Part shown: positions 39,386 through 51,987 of the stretch, piece by piece
Position numbering within the stretch: position 1 is the first letter of the stretch
Layout of the letters: every line of letters starts with the position of its first letter
From: Octopus sinensis
Taxonomy: Eukaryota
Direction of reading: 5' to 3'
DNA: 64,000 nucleotides
Assembly: GCF_006345805.1 (NCBI RefSeq)
Contig: NC_043023.1
Location: 16,182,001 to 16,246,000 of the forward strand
Position numbers and translations under genes: made by a program
The notes under the pieces: model-generated
Database searches by the model: none
What the model was told of the DNA's origin: nothing
Seen by the model: only the letters and a program-made list of their open reading frames with translations

Positions 39386-40044
39386 ATGTGTCTTCCTATC
39401 ATACCTGGTATACCTCTCAACACCTGACATAAAGCCATGTCCCTCTCTACTATGCTCTTCAGTGAAGGTTTGTTTCCTTCCTCCTCCTTTGCCTTTTCCC
39501 GTTATTTCGTGACTTCACTAGGGGCCAGTTATGTGCAAAAAAAGGCTCCAGGGCACTGTAAAATGATAGGGTCCGAAAAGGGGTCAATGATGCCAGCATG
39601 GAACGCAGACCTTGAATGAGGAGGATAAACATGATAACCATAATCCTCTTTAGAAAGACAATCATAATCCCAGAGAAATGGAAACCAATTCAGTGGTGGT
39701 GCAATAATAAAAAAAAATGCACCCACCACACTTTGTAAAGGGGTCAGTGTTAGGAAGGCCATGAAGCAATCGAAACCTTGCCAATGCCTGCAAAGGAGCC
39801 TGCCACAATGCTGTGGTTTGTTGGATCCATGGCAAGATTGAAGGTGGCCATTTTATAAGTACCCCCACAAGCCATCTTGACCCTGGTTAAAACCCACTGC
39901 TCTAGTGTTTCCCCAATGTGTATTTCTGGCTCTTTAGCCCTTCTCGATGGTCAGAATAAAAACTTTAAAGAAACCAAAAGCAAAATAGTGACTAAAAGCT
40001 TTGAATTAAGAGAAAGAAATAGAAGACAGAACTGAAAAGGTAAT

Positions 40045-40613
40045 GGGATCTTTTCGGTTTGAACGGCAGTTTTTTCTAGCGGTGTCATATGAAATTGTCA
40101 CCCATAATTATGACCCTAGTATCGATCTATTGCATTTCAATCTGTTTTAGGGTTAAGATTAGGGTTAGGGGTGGGGGAAGGGTATCTTTTCTTCTTCAGA
40201 AACGTAAATAAACCCAATCTGTTTCTTAAACAAGGGACATATTCATACAGCACAGAATGTTTTCGCCTAAATAGACATCATTGATTGGTTGAAATTGCAG
40301 AAATTGAAGGAAAAAAAACAACAAATACCTTACAACTATAGAATTTTCTCAATAAAGCCAAGAGAAAAAGATGTTTTATAAACACATTCTACCAGCATAT
40401 GAAGTTTAAAAGTGTTTAGTTACGTGGAAATTATTTTAAAAAACTGCCGGTCAAACCGAAAAGATCCCAAATATCTTACAAACTATAGGATTTTCTCAAT
40501 AAAGCCAAGAGAAAAAGATGTTTTATAAACACATTCTACCAGTATACGAAGTTTATAAGTGTTTAGTTAACTAGAAATTGTGTTGACACCTGCAGTTCAA
40601 ACGGAAAAGATCC
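40045..40613 (+). mobile_element. MITE with GGGATCTTTTCGGTTTG(A)CGGCAGTTTTT TIRs (40045-40468) plus one extra diverged terminal unit
   Basis: TIRs of about 30 bp; internal TTAGGG hexamers; the 3' 147 bp is repeated once at the same junction as the 52.9-54.2 kb array. Confidence 0.8.
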
Positions 40614-41296
40614 AGGAAATGTCTAGTTTAAAAGGGGAAAAAGTTTTGTTTATCCATTTACCACTTGGGGTGATGCGATAACCTTTTGCACTCGTCAAAC
40701 CTGTAAAAGATGAAAACAAAAATGTTTGATTTTAAGATGAAATAATTCAAAATATTGTGAATAAATGAAGATTACATTAGAAGGAAAATGGCTATTTCAT
40801 TGGCAGAGTTTCAGATCAGGATCTCCACAAGGGTTAGATTGTATTTATTTTGAGAGGAAGCTTTCCAAATCCTCTTCGTCACCTTGGCCTTGTAAATGCC
40901 TGAGGTAGGGGTGTCTTTTTAGGAAAAAATGAATATTTGAAAATACATTTTGTTTCACCTCAATCCCTTCTCTACCCAGCCCCAGACCAATTTTAGCCCC
41001 TTTTTAAAATTTTTGATTTTAAGATGATATAATTGAAAATATTGTGAATAAACGAAGATTACATTAGAAAGTAATTTGATTGCTAAAGGGTTAAAGAAGC
41101 CATATGTGGCCGAAATATTATTCTAACTGTTTAATAGTCAAACTGGGTTCATCCACCCTCTCACTCTACACTACGATAGTCTAAAGATTAACAATCATAT
41201 TATGAAAATTTTAAAACGACAAGGTAATGAATGATTAACTTTTAAAAAATATGAATAAATATTATAAAAAATATAATATAAAAAATATGAACAAAT

Positions 41297-41643
41297 AGGT
41301 GTAGGAGTGGCTGTGTGGTAAGTAGCTTGTTTACCAACCACATGGTTCCGGGTTCAGTCCCACTGCGTGGCATCTTGGGCAAGTGTCTTCTGCTATAGCC
41401 CCAGGCCGACCAATGCCTTGTGAGTGGATTTGGTAGATGGAAACTGAAAGAAGCCCGTCGTATATATATATATGTAGGCGTAGGAGTGGCTGTGTGGTAA
41501 GTAACTTGCTAACCAACCACATGGTTCCGGGTTCAGTCCCACTGCGTGGTATCTTGGGCAAGTGTCTTCTACTATAGCTTCGGGCCGACCAATGCCTTGT
41601 GAGTGGATTTGGTAGACGGAAACTGAAAGAAGCCTGTCGTATA

Positions 41644-41694
<51 letters not shown>

Positions 41695-42050
41695 ATATGT
41701 TTGTGTGTCTGTGTTTGTCCCCCCTAGCATTGCTTGACAACCGATGCTGGTGTGTTTAAGTCCCCGTCACTTAGTGGTTCGGCAAAATAGACCGATAGAA
41801 TAAGTATTGGGCTTACAAAGAATAAGTCCCGGGGTGGATTTGCTCGACTAAAGGCGATACTCCAGTATGGCCGCAGTCAAATGACTGAAACAAGTAAAAG
41901 AGTAAAAGGGTAAACTTAGCAGTTCGGCAAAAGAGACCGATAGAATAAGTACTGGGCTTACAAAGAATAAGTCCCGGGGTGGATTTGCTCGACTAAAGGC
42001 GGTGCTCCAGTATGGCCGCAGTCAAATGACTGAAACAAATAAAAGAGTAA
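41297..42050 (+). mobile_element. SINE A: two heads and a duplicated tail
   Basis: Family motifs. Confidence 0.85.
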
Positions 42051-42285
42051 ATATTATGAAAAATATGAATAAATAGTCCCTCAATGGCGGTGCCCCAGCA
42101 TGGCCACAGCTCATGAGCTGAAACTAGATGAAGTATAAAAATATGAATAAATGAAAATTAGTCAGAATAATCTGATTGCTAAAGGGTTCAACCAGCCATA
42201 TCTGCTCCAGATATTCTCCATGTTTTATGTTCAAACTTGCCTAATCCAGCCTTTTACACTTACCCTGCAATGTTATTCTAGAAAT

Positions 42286-42462
42286 AAAGGGACGAGGACA
42301 GTTGTGTAAGAAAGGAAACTGGAGGGAAACTGTGGAAAAGGCGGCCCAAGGAAGATGTGTGAAGCGAGAGTGAAATATGATCTTTGGATGCTGAGTCTCA
42401 TAGAGGTGATGACAAGTGACTGGGACTTCTTGTGATTTGCTGTGCTTGAGAAAACATGTCAA
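42286..42462 (+). pseudogene. RTE ORF C-terminal remnant
   Basis: Translates as LEGNCGKGGPRKMCEARVKYDLWMLSLIEVMTSDWDFL*FAVLEKTCQ. Confidence 0.65.
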
Positions 42463-43559
42463 AACACTTGTTTTCACTGCATTGCTCCAGTCCACTCAGC
42501 CGTCAAAGGGTAACTTTGCAACCGATTGGCAGAAAAGGGTGAAATGGTGTCTCAGAAAAATCCCCCAAACGGAGGTCCCGCAAGCCACATAGTGTATTCA
42601 ATGATCAAAAGGGACTTCTTGGGATATGCTGTGCTTGAGAAAACATGTCAAAACACTTCTTTTCACTGCATTGCTCCAGTCCACTCAGCCGTCAAAGGGT
42701 AACTTTGCAACCGATTGGCAGAAAAGGGTGAAATGGTGTCTCAGAAAAATCCCCCAAATGGAGGTCCCCCAAGCCACATAGTGTATTCAATGATCAAAAG
42801 GGACTTCTTGGGATATGCTGTGCTTGAGAAAACATGTCAAAACACTTCTTTTCACTGCATTGCTCCAGTCCACTCAGCCGTCAAAGGGTAACTTTGCAAC
42901 CGATTGGCAGAAAAGGGTGAAATGGTGACTCAGAAAAATCCCCCAAACGGAGGTCCCGAAAGCCACATAGTGTATTCAATGATCAAAAGGGACTTCTTGT
43001 GATTTGCTGTGCTTGAGAAAACATGTCAAAACACTACTTTTCACTGCATTGCTCCAGTCCACTCAGCCGTCAAAGGGTAACTTTGCAACCGATTGGCAGA
43101 AAAGGGTGAAATGGTGTCTCAGAAAAATCCCCCAAACGGAGGTCCCGCAAGCCACATAGTGTATTCAATGATCAAAAGGGACTTCTTGTGATTTGCTGTG
43201 CTTAAGAAAACATGTCAAAACACTTGTTTTCACTGCATTGCTCCAGTCCACTCAACCGTCAATGGGTAACTTTGCAACCGATTGGCAGAAAAGGGTGAAA
43301 TGGTGACTCAGAAAAATCCCCCAAACGGAGGTCCCGAAAGCCACATAGTGTATTCAATGATCAAAAGGGACTTCTTGCGATTTGCTGTGCTTGAGAAAAC
43401 ATGTCAAAACACTTCTTTTCACTGCATTGCTCCAGTCCACTCAGCCGTCAAACGGTAACTTTGCAACCGATTGGCAGAAAAGGGTGAAATGGTGAATCAG
43501 AAAAATCCCCCCAAACGGAGGTCCCACAAGCCACATATTGTATCTAATGATCAAAAGGG
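42422..43559 (+). repeat. Tandem array of six 189-bp units
   Basis: GGGACTTCTTG starts at 42422, 42611, 42800, 42989, 43178 and 43367. Confidence 0.95.
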
Positions 43560-43574
43560 TGAATAATACAACAC

Positions 43575-43906
43575 ATATTTAAGTCGATTACATCGACCCC
43601 AGTGCGTAACTGGTACTTAATTTATCGACCCGAAAGGATGAAAGGCAAAGACGACCTCGACAGAATTTGAACTCAGAACGTCACGGCAGACGAAATACCT
43701 ATTTCTTTATAACTCACAAGGGGCTAAACACACGGATTAAGTCGATTACATTGACTCCAGTGTATAACTGGTACTTAATTTATCGACCCTGAAAGGATGA
43801 AAGGCAAAGACGACCTCGGCAGAATTTGAACTCTGAACGTAACGACAGATGAAATACAGCTACGCATTTCGCCCGGCGTGCTAACGATTCTGCCAGCTCA
43901 CTGCCT
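43575..43906 (-). mobile_element. SINE family B, head plus two units
   Basis: Family motif. Confidence 0.75.
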
Positions 43907-44103
43907 TATTATGAACCCATATTATGAACCCCAACTTGTAGGCATTGGATGTTGAACCACATCAAATGTTTATACTCTGCTAGATATTTTAAGCATTTCA
44001 GCATGAAAAAATAATTCAAAAAATCCCTGTCAAAACAGAGGAAATCAAATTTATGTGGGCAGCCGATTCCTGTATTCTTTCCACTTGTATAGTTATGCCT
44101 TAA

Positions 44104-44963
44104 CCCTTTCATTACTGTATTTCTGTTGAGATGCTCTGTGCTTCTTTCAATTATTTTAAATATTACAAAGAATTTAGTAAAATAACATCATTATCATTAA
44201 GCTTGTATTAGGAACATAAATTGTGACTAAGGTTTGGTGGAAGACTTTAATTCAAAACTTATGAAAACAAGGCATTTGTACTCAGAGCCAGAGCCGGTTT
44301 CAGCCGGGTTGGTATCAAAAGGGTTAAGAATTGTTTCTCTAATATATATTTTAACCCTTTTGTTACCATATTTCTATTGAGATGCTCTGTGTTTCTTTCA
44401 ATTATTTTAAATATAACAAAGTATTTAGTAAAATAACTTAGTTATCATTCAGCTAGTGTTCGGAATATTAATTGTGACTAAGGTTTGGTGGGAGACTTTA
44501 ATTCAAAACTTATGAAAACAAGACATCTGTACTACAGGGTCAGAGGTGGTTTCAGCCAGGTTGGTATCAAAAGGGTTAAGAATTGTTTCTCTATTATATA
44601 TTTTTAAGCCTTTTGTTACCATATTTCTGTTGAGATGTTCTGTGTTTCTTTCAATTAAAAGAAAACAAGACATCTGTACTCAGAGCCAGAGGTGGTTTCA
44701 GCCAGGTTGGTATCAAAAGGGTTAAGAATTGTTTCTTTATTATATATTTTTAAGCCCTTTGTTACCATATTCTGTTGAGATGCTCTGTGTTTCTTTCAAT
44801 TAATTTTAAATATAACAAAGAATTTAGTAAAATAACATCGTTATCATTAAGCTAATGTTAGGAACATAAATTGTGACTAAGGTTTGGTGGAAGATTTTAA
44901 TTCAAAACTTATGAAAACAAGACATTTGTACTCAGTGCCAGGGCCGGGTTGGTAACGAAAGGG
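44104..44963. mobile_element. Four tandem piggyBac-like MITEs (about 220 bp; the third has an internal deletion)
   Basis: TTAA|CCCTTT(T/C)GTTAC...GGTA(T/A)C(A/G)AAAGGG|TTAA at 44104-44323, 44355-44575, 44608-44721 and about 44755-44963, with a shared spacer GAATTGTTTCT..ATATATATT. Confidence 0.8.
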
Positions 44964-45236
44964 TTAATGAGGATGAATTATTAAGAATAAGAATAACGAA
45001 TAAAAACTTACAAAATAATGCAGACAAACAACAAAAGAACTTTAGAATGTCCATGATCTGTAAAAGTAATTTTCTAAAATTGAAAAACAACAAAAATTAT
45101 TTCAGTTACACCAAGTTTACAACAACGAACCAATGGCGGATATCTAATTAATTAAAAGTCTAGACAAAATAGCTGGGAAATTGCAAATCCAATTATACAG
45201 GTTAATCCAGTTATACAGGTTAATCCAGTTATACAA

Positions 45237-45910
45237 GCGCAGGAGTGGCTGTGTGGTAAGTAGCTTGTCTACCAAGCACATGGTTCCAGGTTCAGTCCCA
45301 TTGCGTTGCACCTTGGGCGAGTGTCTTCTAATATAGACTCGGGCCGACCAAAGCCTTGTGAGTGGATTTGGTAGACGGAAAGTGAAAAGAAGCCTGTCGT
45401 ATATATGTATATATATTTATATATGTGTTTGTGTGTCTGTGTTTGTCCCCCCCTAGCATCGCTTGACAACCGATGCTGGTGTGTTTATGTCCCCGTTACT
45501 TAGCGGTTCGGCAAAAGAGACCGATTGAATAAGTACTGGGCTTACAAAAGAATAAGTCCCGGGGTCGATTTGCTCGATTAAAGGCGGTGCTCCAGCATGG
45601 CCGTAGTCAAATGACTGAAACAAGTAAAAGAGTAAACTTAGCAGTTCGGCAAAAGAGACCGATAGAATAAGTACTGGGCTTACAAAAGAATAAGTCCCGG
45701 GGTTGATTTGCTCGATTAAAGGCGGTGCTCCAGCATGGCCGTAGTCAAATGACTGAAAGAAGTAAAAGAGTAAACTTAGCGGTTCGGCAAAAGAGACCGA
45801 TAGAATAAGTACTGGGCTTACAAAAGAATAAGTCCCGGGGTCGATTTGCTCGATTAAAGGCGGTGCCCCAGCATGGCCACAGTCAAATGACTGAAACAAG
45901 TAACAGAGAG
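45237..45910 (+). mobile_element. SINE A with tail repeated three times
   Basis: One head, then three AACTTAGC(G/A)GTTCGGCAAAAGAG...GTAAAAGAGTA units. Confidence 0.85.
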
Positions 45911-46057
45911 GTTAATAATACAGGTTAATACGCAGTTTAGTGTTGTAAAAAGGTGAAAGCAATTTATTGGTGGTCCTAATGAAAGTGTAAGCTAATTAAC
46001 AAGGCTATTCTTAATTGGTTCAAGCCGTATACTCGAAATTAAAACTACATCCACAAA

Positions 46058-46965
46058 TCTTTATATATAAAACTGTAGTTGTGTGAGTGTCTGTCCCCTT
46101 TGATTTAGATTCCTAACTACTCCCACATTTTGCGGTGCAGTTTAACCAAATTCGGGTATCTTATAGTCATGATTCATATCGACCCCGTCTGGCTATTAGC
46201 GCGCGTCTACAATAAGTCTACGATTTTAAAAATAATTTAACATCATTTTTTATTCCATTTTAATGCATATTTTTTCGTGTGTCGATGGCGGCGGAGTTGG
46301 CGTCCATGGTCACAGCTGCACCTGTTTGCTTCTCCCCCTTCTTCCCTCCCTCATGAAGCTGTGGGGAAGGGAGTGTAAGGAAATCAACGTTGTAAAGCGT
46401 TGTCAAGGAGACCAGCGTTCTTTTAGAACAACGACTTCATGGCTTGAAGACACCAAAACAGAAATGGCTAAGAAAGCCCGAATTGGCATCTATAAGGGAA
46501 GTAACTCTCTAAAAATGCTTATATAGTTATTTCCCTTACAAATCCGAGCAACGCCGGGCGATACTGCTAGTCTTTATATATAAAACTGTAGTTGTGTGAG
46601 TGTCTGTCCCCTTCGATTTAGATTCCTAACTACTCCCACATTTTGCGGTGCAGTTTAACCAAAACCGGGTATCTTATAGTCGTGATTCATATCGAGCCCT
46701 TATGGGTATTAGTGCGCATCTACGATGAGTCTACAATTTAAAAAATAATTTACCATCATTTTTTTCCATTTTAATGCATATTTTTTTAAAGGGAAGTAAC
46801 TCTCTAAAAATGTCTACGATGAGTCAACGATTTTAAAAAAAAATTACCGTCATTTTTTTTTTTCCATTTTTAATGGATTTTTTTGCTATTTTTTGGCTAT
46901 AACTCTAAAAATGCTGTATAGTTATTTCTCTTACAAACCCGAGCAACGCCGGGCGATACTGCTAG
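46058..46965 (+). mobile_element. Two Helitron H1 copies joined head-to-tail (46058-46570 and 46571-46965)
   Basis: The junction reads ...ATACTG-CTAG|TCTTTATATATAAAAC with no spacer. Confidence 0.85.
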
Positions 46966-47085
46966 TAAACAATACAATGATCTGTCACTGTGCATCTTAT
47001 TTTGCTCAGGAAAATATTTTGGAAGAAAATTTTGTGGAAAGTTAAACACAAAGCTAAATTGATTGCCTATTTCTTCTATTACTTA

Positions 47086-47466
47086 CTAGCAGTATCGCCC
47101 GGCGTTGCTCGGGTTTGTAAGGGAAATAACTACAAAGCATTTTTAGAGAGTTATAGCCAAAAAATAGCAAAAATATGCATTAAAAATGGAAAAGAAATGA
47201 TGGTAAATTTTTTTTTAAATCATTGACTCATCGTAGACATTTTTAGAGAGTTACTTCCCTTATATAATAGCGAAAAAATGCATTAAAATGGAAAAAATGA
47301 TGGTAAATTTTTTTTAAATCGTAGACGTGCGCTAATACCCAGAAGGGCTTGATATGAATCACAACTATAAGATACCCGGTTTTGCTTAAACTGCACCGCA
47401 AAATGTGGGAGTAGTTAGGAATCTAAATCGGAGTAGACAGACACACAACCTTACTTTTATATATAA
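47086..47466 (-). mobile_element. Helitron H1 copy in opposite orientation
   Basis: CTAGCAGTATCGCCCGGCGTTGCTCGGG ... CTTTTATATATAA. Confidence 0.8.
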
Positions 47467-47927
47467 CTAGCAGTATGACCCGGCGTTGCCAGGTCATACT
47501 GCTAGTAATTTCTTTATTACCCATAAGGGTTTACATAGATGGGGACAATACAATGATTTGGGGTCATGAAATGGAACTATTTACAGTGAAATCGAATGGA
47601 TTATTTACAATGAAAATGAAATTGAATGAGTTACAAGAACAAAAAGGGACATATGAAGTCAAAAGAACAGGATAGCCGACCCCACGAGCCCTGTTATTTT
47701 AACTGAAACCTGTAAAGGGAACTAGTTGCTTCTTTACACTTTTGGGGTGCAACTTGGGTGCAACACAATTTCCTTTCTTTAGATTCCAGAAACTACCAGT
47801 AATGAACAAGAACGCAACCTTAAAAATATATATGACCAATGCCTTATCCGGGCCGACCAATGCCTTATCCGGGCCGACCAATGCCTTGTGAGTGGATTTG
47901 GTAGACGGAAACTGAAAGAAGCCTGTC

Positions 47928-47974
<47 letters not shown>

Positions 47975-48401
47975 GGGCGGGGTTTGTGTGTCTGTGTTTG
48001 TCCCCCTAGCATTGCCTGACAACTGATGCTGGTTTACGTCCCCATCACTTAGCGGTTCGGCAAAAAGAGACTGATAGAATAAGTACTGGGCTTACAAAGA
48101 ATAAGTCCCGGGGTCGATTTGCTCGACTAAAGGCGGTGCTCCAGCATGGCCGCAGTCAAATGACTGAAACAAGTAAAAGAGTAACTCTTTATTTTCTTAT
48201 TTACAAAAGAAGTTCGTTGGTATCTCGGTATCCACTTGGTGCGAATTTTAACATTTGTAAGATTCTTACAACCAATTCAGCAGCAACAGAGCAGGTCGTC
48301 ACGGCGCTATTAAGGAAACGCCCTAGAAAACTCCTGTCCCCTTCAGTCTCTAGCGCATGCGCATGAGAGAACTTCCCTATCCTTTCCAGAAGGTTCTAGA
48401 A

Positions 48402-50764
48402 CAGTGTTTCCCAACCTTTTTTCCCGGCGCCCCACTTTTTCATAGCAAAAGTTTTTACGCCCCACCTTTTCCCATGTCCACTCACATTTACAAGTACATG
48501 TGGGCCTACTTACAATTGAAAAAAAATCAAAAATTAAAAAATTGTATTCAAAATACAAAAAAATAGTTTGAGAATTGAAACAACAGGTACTGAAAGTGCA
48601 TAACACCCAATAAATCGATAAAATTATTACGATTTCTCATGTTTTTAAAAAATGTCAATTTATAAAGAATAAAGAAACACGTTTTTTCAGTTCAATTATT
48701 TGACGGTCAGCTCGACTAATTTAGTGAGAACCCTGTGCCTGATGCATACAGCACAAGTTTTTAATTTGAGGAGACAACTTTGTTAATTTCAGTCGTAAAT
48801 CGCCACGTTTTGTAATCTCAAGCCGGTTTCTCTTGGCTTGGAGCAAATTATCAACTGCACTAAAACCACATTCGACCAAATAAGACGAAGGGAAAGGAAT
48901 CAGTAGCTCTCTCGCTGATGTAGAAATTTTAGGATATTTTCTTTCAACCTCGTCATATAGCCACATCTTTGTACCTTTCAATTTAAACAAAGTCTTCACT
49001 GATTCATCATGTTGTAATTCTGATAACTCTTCTTGGTATTGGATTGTAGCAACAGAAACGTTAATCAGAAGCGGTTGAGTTAACCAAGAAGGAAAATTCA
49101 TTGCCTTTAAATCGCAAAATCTGTCATTGAAATCCTTTATCAAGATATTTAAATGATCAATAATTACAATGCCAGCATCATTCGTTATTTCACATTTACT
49201 CAACCAGTAAAGTTCACTGAAATTTCTTTTTCCATAATTCGAGAGCTGTAATAAATCCAAAAATCTTTGCTTTTGCATCAATAAGTGTCATGTTTTCACC
49301 TTGAAGTTGTTTATTCAAGTTTCCAAGTTTCTCAAATATGTCTGTCAAATAACTGACAAATGATTTTCCATCCGTTGTTGACAGCAATTTCATTTCACAT
49401 TTATCACTAAGAAAGTCGTTAATCTGATCAAATAATTCCATGAACCTCTTTAAGCAGTTTCCACTTGATAGCCATCTTACTTCTGTATGAAGCAATAATC
49501 GAACATGTTCGGCACTTTGATTTATACAAAACTGCTTAAAAAGACGTTCAGATTTAGAATTTCTTTTAATGCTGTTGACACACTTGATCACACTTTGAAG
49601 AATCTTGTTAAGAACAGGGGACAATTTCTTGGCAACCAAGTTTTCTCGGTGTATTACACAATGGACAGTCAACATGTTTGGATTTTCATCCTTCATCATT
49701 TTTAAGCATCCCGTATTCTTGCCCATCATGGCAGGTGCACCGTCTGCCGCACATGCCAGTAAGTTTTCCTTTGGTATTTTGTTTGCATCCAAATAATGTT
49801 TGATTTTGATGTAAATATCATTTGCAGTTGTGGTGGTTTCAAACGATTCGCAGAACAGCATCTCTTCCTGAAACTCCTCGTGGTCAATATACCTCACATA
49901 AGTCAATAACAGAGCCTCACTGTCCCGGATTGTGGATTCGTCCATTTGTAATGAAAACTTACGCAATTTTAATTTCTCAATGAGCTGGCTTTCAACATCT
50001 TGCCCCATTTCATCTATTCTGTTCGAGACAGTGTTATTACTGAGTGGCATAGTCCTGATATCTCCATCATCTTTTTGTAATACAGTTTTTAAGAATATTG
50101 AGATAGCAGGTTTAATCAGTTGCTCTCCAATAGTGTGATTCTTTCCATGTTTTGCTATAAGCAAGGAGATTTCGTAGCTGGCTTCAAGGGCACGAGTATG
50201 AGGCGCTTGTTTTGCATGAAATAGTGAAGTGAGTTTTGTTCGGTTTTTAAATTTTTCTTTCAATGATTCAATAATTTTTCTTTCAATGATTCAATAATTC
50301 TAAATTAGAATTATTAGGATGTCTTACCTTTAAGTGCGCTTCCAGCCTACCTGCCTTCATTGACTCATTGCTCATCGTCTGATTACATAATAAGCAAAAC
50401 GGTTTACACTCATCATGCTCATCAGGAATGAATCCAAACTTCAAAAACTCCACCGCGTATTGACGAGTCTTCTTCTTGTTTGGTTTGCTCATTTTCAATA
50501 GGGCTAACAAAAGACTAATTGAGGCAATTGATTGGCTTATCTGAATAGTAAGTTTATTGCTCAGTGCGGGATCTTCTTTGTCTCGCTGGGGTGCGAGAGT
50601 TTCCGATGTGGAGGCTTCAAAGGAAAGACGGAATCTAAGGTTGTGCCCGCGATGACCGCTCGTCATGTACAAATATTTTCACAGCCCACGTCTATGTCCC
50701 GCGCCCCACCTGAATTTTCTCAGGCCCCACCAGTGGGGCGTACGCCCCACCTTGGGAATCACTG
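48402..50764 (-). mobile_element. Full-length hAT transposon, Buster/Charlie group, 2363 bp
   Basis: TIRs CAGTGTTTCCCAA / TTGGGAATCACTG. Perfect 8-bp TSD TTCTAGAA (48394-48401 and 50765-50772) with the central TA typical of the Buster group. Confidence 0.95.
48721..50492 (-). pseudogene. hAT transposase (BED finger, DDE), split by two frameshifts
   Basis: MSKPNKKK..CLLC..H...H, FSLQMDEST, AADGAPAM, CVIHREN, EVRWLS and YLVECGFS. A 23-bp tandem duplication at 50251-50296 and a frameshifting lesion near 49230. Confidence 0.9.
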
Positions 50765-50879
50765 TTCTAGAAGGTTCCAACCCCGCACATGCACACTGAA
50801 GAATGACGTTGCGTGTGCGCACACTGGAATATGACGTCACTACAAACCTTTTGGCAGGTGATCATGGCATGTTCATGCA

Positions 50880-51300
50880 GGGCCTTTCACACCCAGCCTC
50901 CGTGCAACACGCATCCATCTATTTTTGAATACAGACACCTTTTCTCTAGCCCCACCTTCCTTTTCAGATGGAACCTGAAAAGTTCGTTAGGGCTGTGCCA
51001 GAGATCATGGTGTCTGACATTATACCTTTCACTCTTGTCTTCCATATAACCTCTTTTGCAACTGCTGCTATCACGAGAAAGCAATGCTTACCTTCGTTCG
51101 TCACGAAACCAGGTGGGTCAATTTTAAGGATTGACTCAGACGACAGCTGTACTCTTCCTCCATCCGACAACAGGCGTTCGGCATAAACCCACACTGAACA
51201 ATGGCGTGCAGGACTGTTTCCACATCCCGCTCGCATCTTGGACAGACAGATGGTCCTCTGTGACCATCCCGGGACATAGTACTAGTGCATGCATATATAG
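50880..51300 (-). pseudogene. L1/Tx1-type LINE ORF2 C-terminal fragment (zf-RVT-like CCHC)
   Basis: CPRCERDVETVLHAIVQC ... AVAKEVIWKTR ... FRFHLKRKV. Confidence 0.65.
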
Positions 51301-51367
51301 CTGCATGCGTGCACACATACACGTGAGTACTGTCCAAATCTCCAACCAATCACATACAGCTAGCTGT

Positions 51368-51987
51368 GGAGGCACATGGCCTAGTGGTTAGAGCAGCAGA
51401 CTCGCGGTTGAGGGATCGCGGGTTCGAATCTCAGACCGGGCGATGTGTGTGTTTATGTTCAAAACACCTAAGCTCCACGTGGCTCTGGCAGAAGGTAATG
51501 GCAAAACTTCTGCTGACTCTTTCATCACAACTTTCTCTCACTCTTTCCTCCTGCATCTTGCAGCTCACCTGCGACATACCGGCGTCCCATCCAGGTGGGG
51601 AACCTATATGCCAAGAAAACTGGGGAAACCGGCCCTAATGAGCCAGGCATGGCTCGAGAAGGAACAAATATGTATATATGTATGTGTGAAAGCACATGGC
51701 CTAGTGGTTAGAGCAGCAGACTCGCGGTTGAGGGATCGCGGGTTCGAATCTCAGACCGGGCGATATATGTGTTTATGTTCAAAACACCTAAGCTCCACGC
51801 GGCTCTGGCAGAAGGTAATGGCGAAACTTCTGCTGACTCTTTCGCCACAACTTTCTCTCACTCTTTCCTCCTGCATCTTGCAGCTCACCTGCGACGGACT
51901 GGCGTCCCGTCCAGGTGGGGAACCTATACCCCAAGAAACCGGGGAAACCGGTCCTTATGAACCAGGCATGGCTCAAGAAGTAACAAC
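51368..51987 (+). mobile_element. Dimer of family C-type SINEs (third tail variant) within a single 14-bp TSD
   Basis: Heads at 51368 and 51688 (GCACATGGCCTAGTGGTTAGAGC...GGTTCGAATC). CATACAGCTAGCTG occurs at 51353-51366 and 51988-52001. Confidence 0.85.

Noticed and set aside
40146-40175. TTAGGG hexamers as an interstitial telomere
   Set aside because: Only 2-3 units, and they are an internal part of the MITE in every copy.
50310-50335. AAG|GTAAGA donor-like site in the hAT transposase as an intron explaining the frameshift
   Set aside because: It lies within the BED-finger HLKVRHP coding motif, and no branch point or pyrimidine tract is evident. The adjacent 23-bp duplication marks a mutational lesion.
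51368-51445. tRNA gene candidates at SINE heads
   Set aside because: A and B boxes are present, but there is no closable acceptor stem and the sequence continues into a SINE body with a TSD.
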